NCBI GenBank assembly: GCA_043757265.1
Contig: JAYUQP010000067.1
Span: forward strand, 5,617-69,616
Length of the DNA: 64,000 nucleotides
Direction of reading: 5' to 3'
Source: Bdellovibrionales bacterium
Lineage (GTDB): Bacteria > Bdellovibrionota > Bdellovibrionia > Bdellovibrionales > JAGQZY01
Positions 38,205-47,893 of this stretch are shown in pieces (the first letter of the stretch is position 1; each line of letters starts with the position of its first letter). The position numbers were made by a program, and so were the translations under genes. Below the pieces are notes generated by a model, which was not told where the DNA came from, did not search any database, and saw only the letters and a list, made by a program, of their open reading frames with translations.

Positions 38205-39363
38205 AAAGTTAATTTTTTATGGCGTCTCCTCGCATCTCGGCGGTGCGGAAAGGTCTCTTCTCGACTTTTTGCTCTTTTACAAACGCAGCAACAATCCGCA
38301 AGATTTTTTTGTGCTTCTTCCGAAGGAGCCGGGCCCACTTGTAGAAAAATTAAAAATAAACTCGATCCAATACAAAATTTTACCTTTTCCCCCAGCGTGG
38401 ACTCAGCTGTCTCGCCAATCGGTCAAATCGCAAATGTATTTTTTCCTCCTAGGCCTCCCTGGATACTTTCTTTATCTTTACCGTCTGCAAGCGTTTTTAA
38501 AAAAAGAAGCGCCATCGTCCATTCACTCTACCGGAATTAAATGTCATATCAGTTTGTGTTTACTAAATTGGCTATTACCCGCGCATATCGTAATTCATTT
38601 TCGCGATCTTATGGGGGCGCGATCCCTACAAAAGTTTTTCCTATGGTTCAAAGGTAAACCCAATATAACTTGGGTTGCGGCTTCGCAAGCTATTGCAAAT
38701 ACTTTTCCAAAAATGCCCATCGATATCGTTTATTGTGGTTTTAGCGAAACTCAGTACTTTCCCAGAAAAAATAATTATTTACATGATCTGCTTAAGATAT
38801 CCCGGCAACACAGACTGGTAGGACTGGTCGGGGTTTTTGCTAAGTGGAAAGGGCAAAAAGAGTTTGTCTTAGCCGCCCACCATGCACTTTCGCAACTGGA
38901 TGACTGCCACTTTTTACTCATCGGTGGCCAAATTTACGACACTTCCGGTGAAAAGGGATTTACCGAAGGCTTGCACAAACTGGTGGAGACTTTAAACCGC
39001 TCCGACAAGATTCATTTCGTACCTTTTCAAAGCCATCCCGAAGTGGTTTACAATTCCCTGGATTTACTTATTCATTGCTCCATAGAACCAGAACCTTTCG
39101 GACGAGTGATTGTTGAAGGTCTGCTCTGCGAAATACCAATCGTGGCCTCTGCGGCTGGGGGTGCACTAGAAATTATTCGCGATGAGTCCTACGGACTTGT
39201 TCATAAACCGGGTGATTATCACGACTTGGCAGAAAAGATTGTGCGTAGCCTCAAAGACCCCGAGCGAGTACAGAAAGCCAAGATCGCAGCTCAAAAGACC
39301 CGCAAAGATTATAACTTCGAAGATCGTTTCTCAATTCTCAAAGGAATTATGGAAAGTTATTAG
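38197..39363 (+). CDS. Glycosyltransferase family 4
   Basis: GGAERSL, KWKGQ, EPFGRVIVEG. Confidence 0.92.
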   Translation: MSKKLIFYGVSSHLGGAERSLLDFLLFYKRSNNPQDFFVLLPKEPGPLVEKLKINSIQYKILPFPPAWTQLSRQSVKSQMYFFLLGLPGYFLYLYRLQAFLKKEAPSSIHSTGIKCHISLCLLNWLLPAHIVIHFRDLMGARSLQKFFLWFKGKPNITWVAASQAIANTFPKMPIDIVYCGFSETQYFPRKNNYLHDLLKISRQHRLVGLVGVFAKWKGQKEFVLAAHHALSQLDDCHFLLIGGQIYDTSGEKGFTEGLHKLVETLNRSDKIHFVPFQSHPEVVYNSLDLLIHCSIEPEPFGRVIVEGLLCEIPIVASAAGGALEIIRDESYGLVHKPGDYHDLAEKIVRSLKDPERVQKAKIAAQKTRKDYNFEDRFSILKGIMESY

Positions 39364-39423
39364 GATTTAGTTCATAATAAGCAAAACACCAACGGACGGT
39401 GTGAGAGATGGATATGGAGGTCT

Positions 39424-40176
39424 ATGGTAGGATCAACTGTATTTACAGTTTTTTATCTGTTTATTTCTTTTACCTGCGCCCACCCGCCCCCCGACTACTA
39501 CAAAGTCTCACCTGAAAACGAACTCCGCGAAGATTTATTTCGCAGTATCGAAAACCAGCATCTCTCTGTTGGTTACAAAAAAGCCCGTCAACACCTCTTC
39601 GGCCAGCTTTACCTAAAGGGCCTGTCTTACGAAACCTACTCTCTCACCACCACCTACTGCCAAATCGAAATCACCAACAGTGATCTTGGCTCTCAGTCGC
39701 CCCTTGGACCCTTGCAGATTCCCGACTATCAGGCAGTAAATACCGAACATGCATGGCCGCAAAGTTTTTTTAGCCAGCATTTTTCAAAAGGCTTACAAAA
39801 AGCTGATTTGCATATTCTCTTTCCTGAATTCATGCGCGTAAACTCCCTGCGGAAAAATCACCCCTATGGCATTGTGCAAAGTAATCCCAATAGTCCTTGC
39901 CCTGGTGCTGCCTTAGGTAAAAATCATTTGGGACGAACGGTTTTTGAACCTCATGACAACGTCAAAGGCAATGTGGCGCGCGCGCTTTTTTATTTTGCTG
40001 TGAGGTACAAGCAAGCTATCGATACGGAACAGGAGGCCACCCTTCGCGAGTGGCATAGCAACGATCCAGTCGACATAGATGAAGCAACACACAACCATGA
40101 TATCTATATTATCCAGAATAATCGGAACCCCTTTGTCGACATCCCTACGTGGGTGGAACAAATTAAGGACTTTTAA
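39424..40176 (+). CDS. Secreted endonuclease I family nuclease
   Basis: NTEHAWPQS, ADLHIL, NSLRKN, KGNVARALFYF, WHSNDPVD, QNNRNPFVD. Confidence 0.92.
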   Translation: MVGSTVFTVFYLFISFTCAHPPPDYYKVSPENELREDLFRSIENQHLSVGYKKARQHLFGQLYLKGLSYETYSLTTTYCQIEITNSDLGSQSPLGPLQIPDYQAVNTEHAWPQSFFSQHFSKGLQKADLHILFPEFMRVNSLRKNHPYGIVQSNPNSPCPGAALGKNHLGRTVFEPHDNVKGNVARALFYFAVRYKQAIDTEQEATLREWHSNDPVDIDEATHNHDIYIIQNNRNPFVDIPTWVEQIKDF

Positions 40177-40282
40177 ATCCCTAAGCAGTGACATTTTAGG
40201 GCTAAAAACATCTTCAAATCCTATATATTGATTTTAACATTGCACTCCTCTTTGCATATGGATTTGGAACCTTGGAGGACGT

Positions 40283-40633
40283 ATGAAAGTATTAATCTTT
40301 ATCGGACTGGTTGCTTTAACAAGCACTGTCCATGCGAAGACTAGCGAAGTAATGGGCATGATTGCCCGCTGCAGTTGTACAGAGAGCAACGTTGACGGTG
40401 AGCGTGATTTAGGTCGATTCTCGAGCGAAAAATCGTATCGATCAGACCAAGCGGCTCGAAATTCTATCTATGCCCAGTGCTCAAAGCAGGCGAATGGATT
40501 TGTAAGCGTTACGGAATGCCAATATATTAAAGTCATTGATCAAAAAAATGGCAAAAAAATCAAACGTCATGTTGTTAATATCAAAGACGAAGAAGAAAAC
40601 AGTCTTCACAATGATCTCATCAGTACTTTGTAA
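40283..40633 (+). CDS. Small secreted four-Cys hypothetical protein
   Basis: GGAGG RBS, signal peptide ending VHA. Confidence 0.75.
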   Translation: MKVLIFIGLVALTSTVHAKTSEVMGMIARCSCTESNVDGERDLGRFSSEKSYRSDQAARNSIYAQCSKQANGFVSVTECQYIKVIDQKNGKKIKRHVVNIKDEEENSLHNDLISTL

Positions 40634-40721
40634 TTCCACGGGAATTAACACATTGTAATTCATTTTTAGGTTTGCCAGCTTCTTTTTGACAGGGCTGGCA
40701 AGATATCCTAATCTCTCACCC

Positions 40722-40967
40722 ATGGTCGAACGTATCCAAAATCTAGATGATCTCAAAGTCGCAATCCAGTCCATCATCGTAAAAGACTATGGCGATTTCA
40801 AACGCAAACTCGTTCTCTACATCACTCGATTTCAAGAGACCAGATCCTTTACTGCCGATCAAAAAACGAAATTTAATCTTATGATCCATCGGATTCAGTT
40901 TCACCCGATCATGGACATCGAGTCCACTCGCAGCTGGACTCTCGATCAACTCAATCAGCTTCACTAA
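40722..40967 (+). CDS. Small hypothetical protein
   Basis: ORF fills the gap and ends flush with the convergent DsbA-like gene. Confidence 0.55.
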   Translation: MVERIQNLDDLKVAIQSIIVKDYGDFKRKLVLYITRFQETRSFTADQKTKFNLMIHRIQFHPIMDIESTRSWTLDQLNQLH

Positions 40968-41693
40968 CTATTTTTTCAAAACACGCTCGATCACAGCGGA
41001 TAGCTGTTGAAAGCTTGGAGCGCCTTCCATGGCAACACCATTGACCATGTACATGGGTGTGCCTTGGAATCCTAAACGTTGGTGCTCGTCCATGTCTTCA
41101 GCGAGGCGTTTTGCCACAACACCTTTAGCAAGTTCCTTTTGCACGACGGCTTTTTTAATTCCAAGGCCTTGTGCCATTTTCCAAACCTTGTCGTCACTGC
41201 CCCACTGCCCGAGCGTATCATACGCCTTGTTGTAGAACTGCTTTGCTAAACTCTTATCAACGATCAGCATGGATTCGTAAATTTCTGCAGTTAGTGGTGC
41301 TTGTGGGTGCATCGGAAGAGGAATGTTTTTATGAATCACTTTGATTTTTCCTGCGTATTTTTTCTTGATCTCTTCTAACGTCAGGTATCCCATGCGGCAG
41401 GCAGGACACTGAAAATCCGCATATTTTACTATTGTGACTGGAGCTGCCGCCTCGCCAAAAATCAAGCGTGCGTTATCTACAATCACGGGGCGTGGATTTT
41501 TTAAATCTTTTTCCAACTGGGCATCCCGCTCGCCTGCCATAGATTGCATCTCTGACTTTTGCGCAGCCTCTGCCGTATCGCGAAGCGCTTGCATAAATTT
41601 TTGCGGGTTTGCTTTCATCGCACTATATAAACTCTCTTCGTTAAAACTCGAACAGCCAGTAAGAACCAACATCAAACTTAAAATCTTTTTCAC
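40968..41693 (-). CDS. DsbA-family thioredoxin-fold lipoprotein
   Basis: Lipobox LTGC; YADFQCPAC; PLPMHPQA; GFQGTP. Confidence 0.9.
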   Translation of the reverse strand: MKKILSLMLVLTGCSSFNEESLYSAMKANPQKFMQALRDTAEAAQKSEMQSMAGERDAQLEKDLKNPRPVIVDNARLIFGEAAAPVTIVKYADFQCPACRMGYLTLEEIKKKYAGKIKVIHKNIPLPMHPQAPLTAEIYESMLIVDKSLAKQFYNKAYDTLGQWGSDDKVWKMAQGLGIKKAVVQKELAKGVVAKRLAEDMDEHQRLGFQGTPMYMVNGVAMEGAPSFQQLSAVIERVLKK

Positions 41694-41736
41694 ATTTTCT
41701 CCTTTTAAATGTCACAACAGATTGTCGGGTTATTTC

Positions 41737-42759
41737 TTAAATAAAAATACCTAGGCCCCTGGCCATACTCACCCAGCGGTGATCTTTGCCGACCAAGCGC
41801 GGAGGTCCCATGACCACCTGAAGAGGCGCACTGGTCACCCGTCCATCGCGATACACCACTGCCGAGCCCCAACCTTTTTTGAGCGCAAGCTCTGCAGCCT
41901 TCAGCCCCATGGCCGTGGTCAAAAAGCGATCGGTGGTGGTTGGCGTTCGGCTGCGCTGAAGATGACCAAGCACTACACTTCGCGATTCCCACTTTACAGT
42001 TTTTTCAATCCAGCGACTGAGTTTGTGTCCTATTCCGTAGTCACCGACGACGTCAGAGACGCCACTTTTATCTTTTTTTCGCTTCACCGAATCGGTGATG
42101 AGTACGCCTTCCGACGCCACGATCACCATTCCGCGCACTTCGTTTTTTCGCTGATTTAAAAACGCGGTAAATTTTTTGCTGTTAAACGCAATCTCAGGAA
42201 TAAAAATCGCATCGGCATAGGAGGCGATACCTCCGCCAATGGCGAGCCACCCCGCCGTCCTTCCCATAACCTCAACTACAATCACGCGCCGGTGAGCGAG
42301 AGCTGTGGCCCGCAGCGAATCGGCGGCATCACAAATCACTGAGCATGCAGTGTCGTAACCAAAGGTGGCGTCGGTGCCTGAGAGATCATTGTCGATAGTT
42401 TTCGGCACACCAATAATTTTGACCTGATCTTTAACTGGCTCCAAACAACGAAACGTTCCATCGCCACCTGCCACAATCAATCCATCAAGCTTAAGCTCTT
42501 TGTATTTTTTTAAAAATTCTTTTTCGCGACCTTGAATGCCCGAGCGGTTTGATGTTCCGATAAAGGTTCCGGCTTGCGAATGAATTCCCAAAATATTTTG
42601 CGAGTTGATCTTAATGGTATTTTTGCCAAACACGCCTTCGAAGCCGTCGCAAATACCAAAAACTTCGCAATTGTTATGTAACAAAGCACGGCTCGTGGCT
42701 TCGATGATTCCGTTCAATCCAGGGGCATCTCCCCCGCCAGTTAATAATCCAATTCGCAT
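41737..42759 (-). CDS. pfkA: 6-phosphofructokinase
   Basis: LTGGGDAPGLN, GGDGT, PKTIDND, EVMGR, LGHLQR. Confidence 0.95.
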   Translation of the reverse strand: MRIGLLTGGGDAPGLNGIIEATSRALLHNNCEVFGICDGFEGVFGKNTIKINSQNILGIHSQAGTFIGTSNRSGIQGREKEFLKKYKELKLDGLIVAGGDGTFRCLEPVKDQVKIIGVPKTIDNDLSGTDATFGYDTACSVICDAADSLRATALAHRRVIVVEVMGRTAGWLAIGGGIASYADAIFIPEIAFNSKKFTAFLNQRKNEVRGMVIVASEGVLITDSVKRKKDKSGVSDVVGDYGIGHKLSRWIEKTVKWESRSVVLGHLQRSRTPTTTDRFLTTAMGLKAAELALKKGWGSAVVYRDGRVTSAPLQVVMGPPRLVGKDHRWVSMARGLGIFI

Positions 42760-42789
42760 CGTATTCCCCTCTTCGCCGCCGTCGGCATT

Positions 42790-42857
42790 TGATCAAACTG
42801 AACATCTGATCAAATTGAACATTTAATCGCATTGAACATCTAGTTGCATTGAATGAG
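42790..42857. repeat. Four 17-bp tandem units diverging progressively from a gene 3' end
   Basis: tgatcaaactgaacatc / tgatcaaattgaacatt / taatcgcattgaacatc / tagttgcattgaatgag. Confidence 0.85.
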
Positions 42858-43088
42858 CAGTGAAAATTCCCGATACCGCCCCTCAGGTCCGCCGGTTTTC
42901 ATGGTTTGGTTGTCGTTTATCAGTTTATACCCGCGACCCTCGCAGCGCTTCTGCGCCCGAGCGTAGCACTGCTGCCAAACGTACTTGCAAATAATAGTGT
43001 ATCGCGCTCCCTCGCGCGGATGCTTATCACTCGAAGACGACAAGCACGCACTTACCAACAGAAACAACAGCAGTCCGTATATTCTCAC
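42840..43088 (-). CDS. Small Cys-rich lipoprotein
   Basis: Lipobox VSAC; C..WQQCY.RA..RC...GY...IQC. Confidence 0.75.
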   Translation of the reverse strand: MRIYGLLLFLLVSACLSSSSDKHPREGARYTIICKYVWQQCYARAQKRCEGRGYKLINDNQTMKTGGPEGRYREFSLLIQCN

Positions 43089-43215
43089 TGTCTTATCTTA
43101 CGAGCTGCGTGCCACACAAACATTCTGAACCGCGTTAGGACGTTCGTCCGCTCCCAGTGGGTGTAACTGCAACCGGTGCAGCTAGCTTGACCATGAGTAG
43201 CTGCAGCCGTTGCAG

Positions 43216-44007
43216 CTACCAGCGGGTGTAGCTGGCTCGGGACAGTGTGCGATGGGCGATGGTGTAAAATAAAATCAATGATCCGACCGACACCCACATT
43301 GCGGTTGTCACATCCACATCACTGATGCCGAGCATTCCGTAGCGGACGCCGTTGATAAAATAGCATAGTGGATTTAGGCGTGAGATCACTTTCCAAAAAG
43401 GATGTAGCCCTTCAATGGAGAAAAACACCCCGCCCAAATAAATAAGTGGTAATAAAATAAACGAGTTTACTGCGCTCAGTTGGTCAAAAGTTCGCGCCCA
43501 AAATGCCACAGTGACGCCGAAGAGCGAAAAGCTTGCCCCGCCAATGAATAAAAAAAGCAGCAGCGAAAAAGGCGCAGCAATAGGTAGCCATTCGCCATTC
43601 ATAAAAAAATAAAATGCTTCACCGGTTAAAAAAGTGACGATTCCCACAACCAACCCGCGCGTCAGCCCGCCTAAGGCCAAAGCTGCCAAGATGTCTGATT
43701 CTCGAAGCGGAGAAATTTTCCAGTCTTCTAAATCTCCGCTAAATTTTCCAGAAACAATAGAGCTCGACGAGTTTTGAAACGCATTGTTCAGCACAGACAT
43801 CATCACCAAGCCAGGAATTAAAAAGGCCAGATAGGAAACGTTATGCCCAAGCTCGATGTTTTCCCCAAGCGAAACTCCAAATATTAAAAGGTATAAACCC
43901 GAACTGACAAGAGGCGAAAACACCGTTTGCACCGATACCTTCATAAAACGCTTTAACTCGCGCACATAAAGTGTCGTAAAAGGTGTCCAGCGGCTGCTGC
44001 TGTTCAT
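43216..44007 (-). CDS. ABC-2 type permease (YadH-like)
   Basis: RELKRF, YLAFLIPGLVMMS, YLGGVFFS, NPL.Y.INGVRYG. Confidence 0.92.
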   Translation of the reverse strand: MNSSSRWTPFTTLYVRELKRFMKVSVQTVFSPLVSSGLYLLIFGVSLGENIELGHNVSYLAFLIPGLVMMSVLNNAFQNSSSSIVSGKFSGDLEDWKISPLRESDILAALALGGLTRGLVVGIVTFLTGEAFYFFMNGEWLPIAAPFSLLLFLFIGGASFSLFGVTVAFWARTFDQLSAVNSFILLPLIYLGGVFFSIEGLHPFWKVISRLNPLCYFINGVRYGMLGISDVDVTTAMWVSVGSLILFYTIAHRTLSRASYTRW

Positions 44008-44900
44008 ACTGTCCCCAGTACATGTCGAAAGGCGTCTTCTAAAGATCCTTCTTCGATTTTCACATCCAGAACAGCTGACGTATTTAAGCCCAGTTCATCT
44101 AAAAGCTCACCAATTCCTTTTTCGGGGGAAACTAAAAACTCCCAGGTATTATCGCTCACTCCCACCATTTGCGGATGTTGGAGCGTTCCACTCGTTCGAA
44201 GTTTTAAAAAGACTTTCCGTTTGGTCATTTTTTGCACAAGTTGCTTGGTGGGGCCTTCGGTGAGTAGCTTTCCTTTTTGCAAAATACCCACGCGATCGCA
44301 AAGCTCTTCGGCCTCTTCAAGGTAGTGCGTGGTGAGCAAAATCGAGATTCCTTGTTTTTTAAGCTCCAAAACAAAATTCCACAGCGAGAGGCGAAGTTCG
44401 ATATCCACCCCGGCAGTGGGCTCGTCGAGCAGAAGAATTTTTGGGTCGTGCACAAGTGCTTTTGCAATCAACAGGCGTCGTTTCATCCCGCCGCTCAACG
44501 CTTTTACTTTTTTGTTTTTGTGTTCCCAAAGACCTAATCGGTTTAATAAGAACTCAATTTTTTCTTTGTTTTTACTTTTTCCAAAATAGCCTGATTGGAA
44601 TTCCAAAATTTCGTAAACATTAAAGTAACCATGATTGATCACCTCCTGCGGCACAAACCCAATATGGCGTTTCGCTTCGAGCGGATCTCGGTGCGGACTT
44701 TTTCCAAAAAGTAAAATTTCGCCCGACGTTGGCTCCTGCAAGGTGACAATGCACGAGATGATGGATGTTTTTCCAGCTCCATTGGGACCAAGGAGGCCGT
44801 AGATTTCGCCAGCTTTCATTTCGAAGGAAACATCATCGACGGCCGTAAATTTGCCGTAATTTTTTTTGAGATTTTGGATTGAAAGTGGAGACGAAGACAT
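44004..44900 (-). CDS. ABC transporter ATP-binding protein (YadG-like)
   Basis: GPNGAGKT, LSGGMKRR, LLLDEPTAGVD. Confidence 0.95.
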   Translation of the reverse strand: MSSSPLSIQNLKKNYGKFTAVDDVSFEMKAGEIYGLLGPNGAGKTSIISCIVTLQEPTSGEILLFGKSPHRDPLEAKRHIGFVPQEVINHGYFNVYEILEFQSGYFGKSKNKEKIEFLLNRLGLWEHKNKKVKALSGGMKRRLLIAKALVHDPKILLLDEPTAGVDIELRLSLWNFVLELKKQGISILLTTHYLEEAEELCDRVGILQKGKLLTEGPTKQLVQKMTKRKVFLKLRTSGTLQHPQMVGVSDNTWEFLVSPEKGIGELLDELGLNTSAVLDVKIEEGSLEDAFRHVLGTV

Positions 44901-44938
44901 ATCTCCACAATCTATACATTTAATTGATAGACGCCAAC

Positions 44939-46426
44939 CTACAATGGGTGGCCGGCATCGATTTTCTGGATGGCGTCGTAAATGTTTTGCGTTTCGCTGG
45001 CGTTAAATTTGGCAGCATAGCCATGCAGTTTTCGTAATACAGGGAGCAAGTGCGACCAAGCATCAAAATTGGGGTTTGTGGTTGCACGGTCAATCAGTTG
45101 CGCCAGTGATTGCTTTTGCATCGAACTTAAACCACCCTGGCTCCAAGCCAAAGCAAGACCTGTTGCAAAGGGTTCCATGCTTCCGTCGTTTTGCAGCGAT
45201 GCCAACAACGTTTGCGCCTCCTGCACTCGATCCAACATCACTAGGCTTTGTGCCAACATGTAACGATATGTGGCGGGCGGAGTGTTCATTTGCGAAATCA
45301 AGTCTACAACTTTACTATGCATCTTCTCGCCCTGATAAAACTGAAGAAGGCTTTGGCAATTTGCAATTCGGCACATTTCTGTAAAAATTGTTTCAGCATC
45401 TTGCAGACGACGGTCGCGCATGAGGCTAAATCCAAAAAGTTCTAAATTGTGCGCGTAGTGCCACATTTCAGACTGATCTGGGGTGTAGCTCGAAAGCGGA
45501 GCACCCTCAACTTTTACATTCGCACAGAGTGGATCTTGCACACGAAACACCGCTTGGTGAATGCAATGAGCCTTTAAAAAGTGTGTGCTTGCCTCACTCC
45601 ACCCGCCCACCATAGGAAGCACGTGGCCCAGCATGTGCACATTGTGTGGCGCATTTGGCGTGAGAACCACCAGTCTGCGCGCAAAGTCCACAGCGACTTG
45701 ATACTGCCCCGCATTTTCGTTGTTGTGTACAAGGTAGTGAATGATGCCAGAGTGCTCAGGAAAACGCTGAACGCCTTCATCGAGCAATGCAGAATCGCCC
45801 AAGTCCCATCCCGCCATGGCGAAAGCCTCGGGATCGTTGTACTGACTGATCAAAATACTAAGAGCTTCCCATAGCTGATTCCCTGCATTGGGGCCTTTAA
45901 AACTTTTTGACGTCATTGAAATCAATGGCTGAGCCTGAATGCCATATTGTGCCTGGTACAGCAGTTGAAAAACATCAACCCACAAGCGATCCTGTTCGTT
46001 ATCGCGAACATCTACAGCTACTGACTGAGCTTTGTTCAGCAAATTAGCTAAAACCGTTGGCAATTTTGATTGATCGCGATTCAGCATGGTGAATGCTTGC
46101 GCCAAACCTACATAGGCGCGGGCCATTTTTGGATCGCGGTCGATGGCTTCGTAAAATGAACGGACCGCATCTTCCCACTGAAACGCATGATTGAGAGCAA
46201 TTCCCTGTTTTGTGTATTGTAAAGCCAGTTCCTGATCCTGACCTGCCGGGAGTGAAGACACCATAGCTATGTCTTTGTACAAGCCGACGCCAGGTAGAAT
46301 CTCGATGGCCGAAGTCAGATATTCTTCAGAAACACTGCCCACTGAACCAAGCTGATGCTTGCCGTCGGCATGCGCCTGCGCGTTGATGCAAAAAATGAAA
46401 AAGACCGATAGTATAAACTTTAGCAT
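44939..46426 (-). CDS. Secreted TPR-like protein with His-rich motifs
   Basis: Signal peptide; QG....HAF.W.DA.RSF..A...DP; HYLVH; PHNVHMLGH; HYAHN. Confidence 0.75.
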   Translation of the reverse strand: MLKFILSVFFIFCINAQAHADGKHQLGSVGSVSEEYLTSAIEILPGVGLYKDIAMVSSLPAGQDQELALQYTKQGIALNHAFQWEDAVRSFYEAIDRDPKMARAYVGLAQAFTMLNRDQSKLPTVLANLLNKAQSVAVDVRDNEQDRLWVDVFQLLYQAQYGIQAQPLISMTSKSFKGPNAGNQLWEALSILISQYNDPEAFAMAGWDLGDSALLDEGVQRFPEHSGIIHYLVHNNENAGQYQVAVDFARRLVVLTPNAPHNVHMLGHVLPMVGGWSEASTHFLKAHCIHQAVFRVQDPLCANVKVEGAPLSSYTPDQSEMWHYAHNLELFGFSLMRDRRLQDAETIFTEMCRIANCQSLLQFYQGEKMHSKVVDLISQMNTPPATYRYMLAQSLVMLDRVQEAQTLLASLQNDGSMEPFATGLALAWSQGGLSSMQKQSLAQLIDRATTNPNFDAWSHLLPVLRKLHGYAAKFNASETQNIYDAIQKIDAGHPL

Positions 46427-46496
46427 GGAAACCCCCGTATTAATTTTTTACGAATGAGCTGATGATCTAACTGGTTTTATGCTGATTGGCAACGAT

Positions 46497-47717
46497 ATGT
46501 CGAATCCCCTGCGCTCTCTCTATGTCGATTTAAACTCTTTTTTTGCCTCTTGCGAACAGCAGGACAACCCTGACCTGCGTGGCAAGCCCGTGGCCGTGGT
46601 TCCGATGCTCGCCGACTCCACGGCAGTAATTGCAGCCAGTTACGAAGCAAAAGCCTTCGGGATAAAAACCAACACTCGCGTGAGCGACGCAAAAAGAATG
46701 TGCCCCAGGCTTATTTTGATTGAAGCAAGCCACGGCAGATACGTAAAGTTTCACCATGCCGTGATCCAGGCCATCGATAAAATCTTACCCGTCGCTGCAG
46801 TTTGTTCCATCGACGAGATCGCCTGCGAGCTCACCGGCAGTCAACAGCAAATAGAAAAGGCCAGCTTTTTAGCAAATGAGATAAAAAAAGTTCTCGCGCA
46901 GGATGTGGGCGAATTTATCAAGGCCTCCATCGGCGTCGCACCTAATTTTTTAGTCGCCAAAATTGCCTGCGATATGCAAAAGCCCGATGGACTGACCGTC
47001 ATCGAAGACTATGAGCTGCCTCATCGCTTGTTTCAGCTTCAGCTGCAAGACATTCCCGGCATCGGAAAGCGGATGGACGAGCGTTTAAAAAATCAAGGGG
47101 TCCACACCATGATTGACCTTCTTTCGAGCGGCGAGCAAAAAATGCGCGGTCTTTGGGGAAGTGTGCACGGTGCGCGCTTGCATCATCTGTTAAACGGCGG
47201 CTGGATTGACCTGCAAAAAGAATCGCCCCCGAAATCCATTGGACACTCCCATGTGCTCCCTCCCGTGGAGCGCCACACGGCAGGGGCACTCACCGTCGCC
47301 CATAAACTTTTGTGGAAGGCAGCTGTTCGCTTGCGCGCAAAAAAAATGATGGCGCGAAAACTCAGTTTATCTTTGCGCTACCTCGACGGGGATCGGTTTT
47401 TTCAAGACATCGGCTTTGAAGGGACGCAAGATTCAAGTTTTCTTCTAAAGCAAATCAATGCGCTTTACGAAAACTCGTTTCACAAAAAAAAGCCGGTAAA
47501 AGTATCCATTGTCCTATTCGATTTTATTTCTGAGTACGAACATCAGCTATCGCTGTTTACCAATAACAGCCGGGCACAAAAAACCTTTAAAGCCGTGGAC
47601 GAAATCAACGCCCGCTATGGAAAAAACACAATTTACGTAGGCTCTTTGCATGAAAAGATGGAAGCCGCTCCCACCCGCATCGCTTTTCAACGCATTCCAG
47701 GCTTAGACGAAGTTTAA
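46497..47717 (+). CDS. dinB: Y-family DNA polymerase (DinB/Pol IV-like)
   Basis: YVDLNSFFASCEQ, AASYEAK, SIDE, AKIACDMQKPDG, IPGIG. Confidence 0.9.
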   Translation: MSNPLRSLYVDLNSFFASCEQQDNPDLRGKPVAVVPMLADSTAVIAASYEAKAFGIKTNTRVSDAKRMCPRLILIEASHGRYVKFHHAVIQAIDKILPVAAVCSIDEIACELTGSQQQIEKASFLANEIKKVLAQDVGEFIKASIGVAPNFLVAKIACDMQKPDGLTVIEDYELPHRLFQLQLQDIPGIGKRMDERLKNQGVHTMIDLLSSGEQKMRGLWGSVHGARLHHLLNGGWIDLQKESPPKSIGHSHVLPPVERHTAGALTVAHKLLWKAAVRLRAKKMMARKLSLSLRYLDGDRFFQDIGFEGTQDSSFLLKQINALYENSFHKKKPVKVSIVLFDFISEYEHQLSLFTNNSRAQKTFKAVDEINARYGKNTIYVGSLHEKMEAAPTRIAFQRIPGLDEV

Positions 47718-47746
47718 ATGCACGCGACAGATATCTGATATCTCAG

Positions 47747-47893
47747 AAAGGTACCAAGTACCTTTTCCGGTGATATATGCGATCTCACCTCATCCACGTG
47801 CGCGGAAAAGGTACTTGGTACCTTTTTACGCGCGCGGAACAGGAACGCTGCCGCCCGACCGTCCGAGATGCTCGCTGCGGCTTGGTACCTTTT
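47747..47893. repeat. REP-like palindromes AAAGGTACCAAGTACCTTTT in inverted arrangement
   Basis: Perfect 23-bp inverted pair at 47747-47769 and 47803-47825; partial third copy at 47881-47893. Confidence 0.88.

Noticed and set aside
42790-42857. Possible mini-CRISPR array (also considered for 15257-15466, 33686-33808 and 54065-54099)
   Set aside because: Units are adjacent and degenerate with no unique spacers, and there are no cas genes in the window.
46427-46496. LexA box or imuABC cassette for the Y-family polymerase
   Set aside because: No recognisable SOS palindrome, and no imuA or dnaE2 adjacent.
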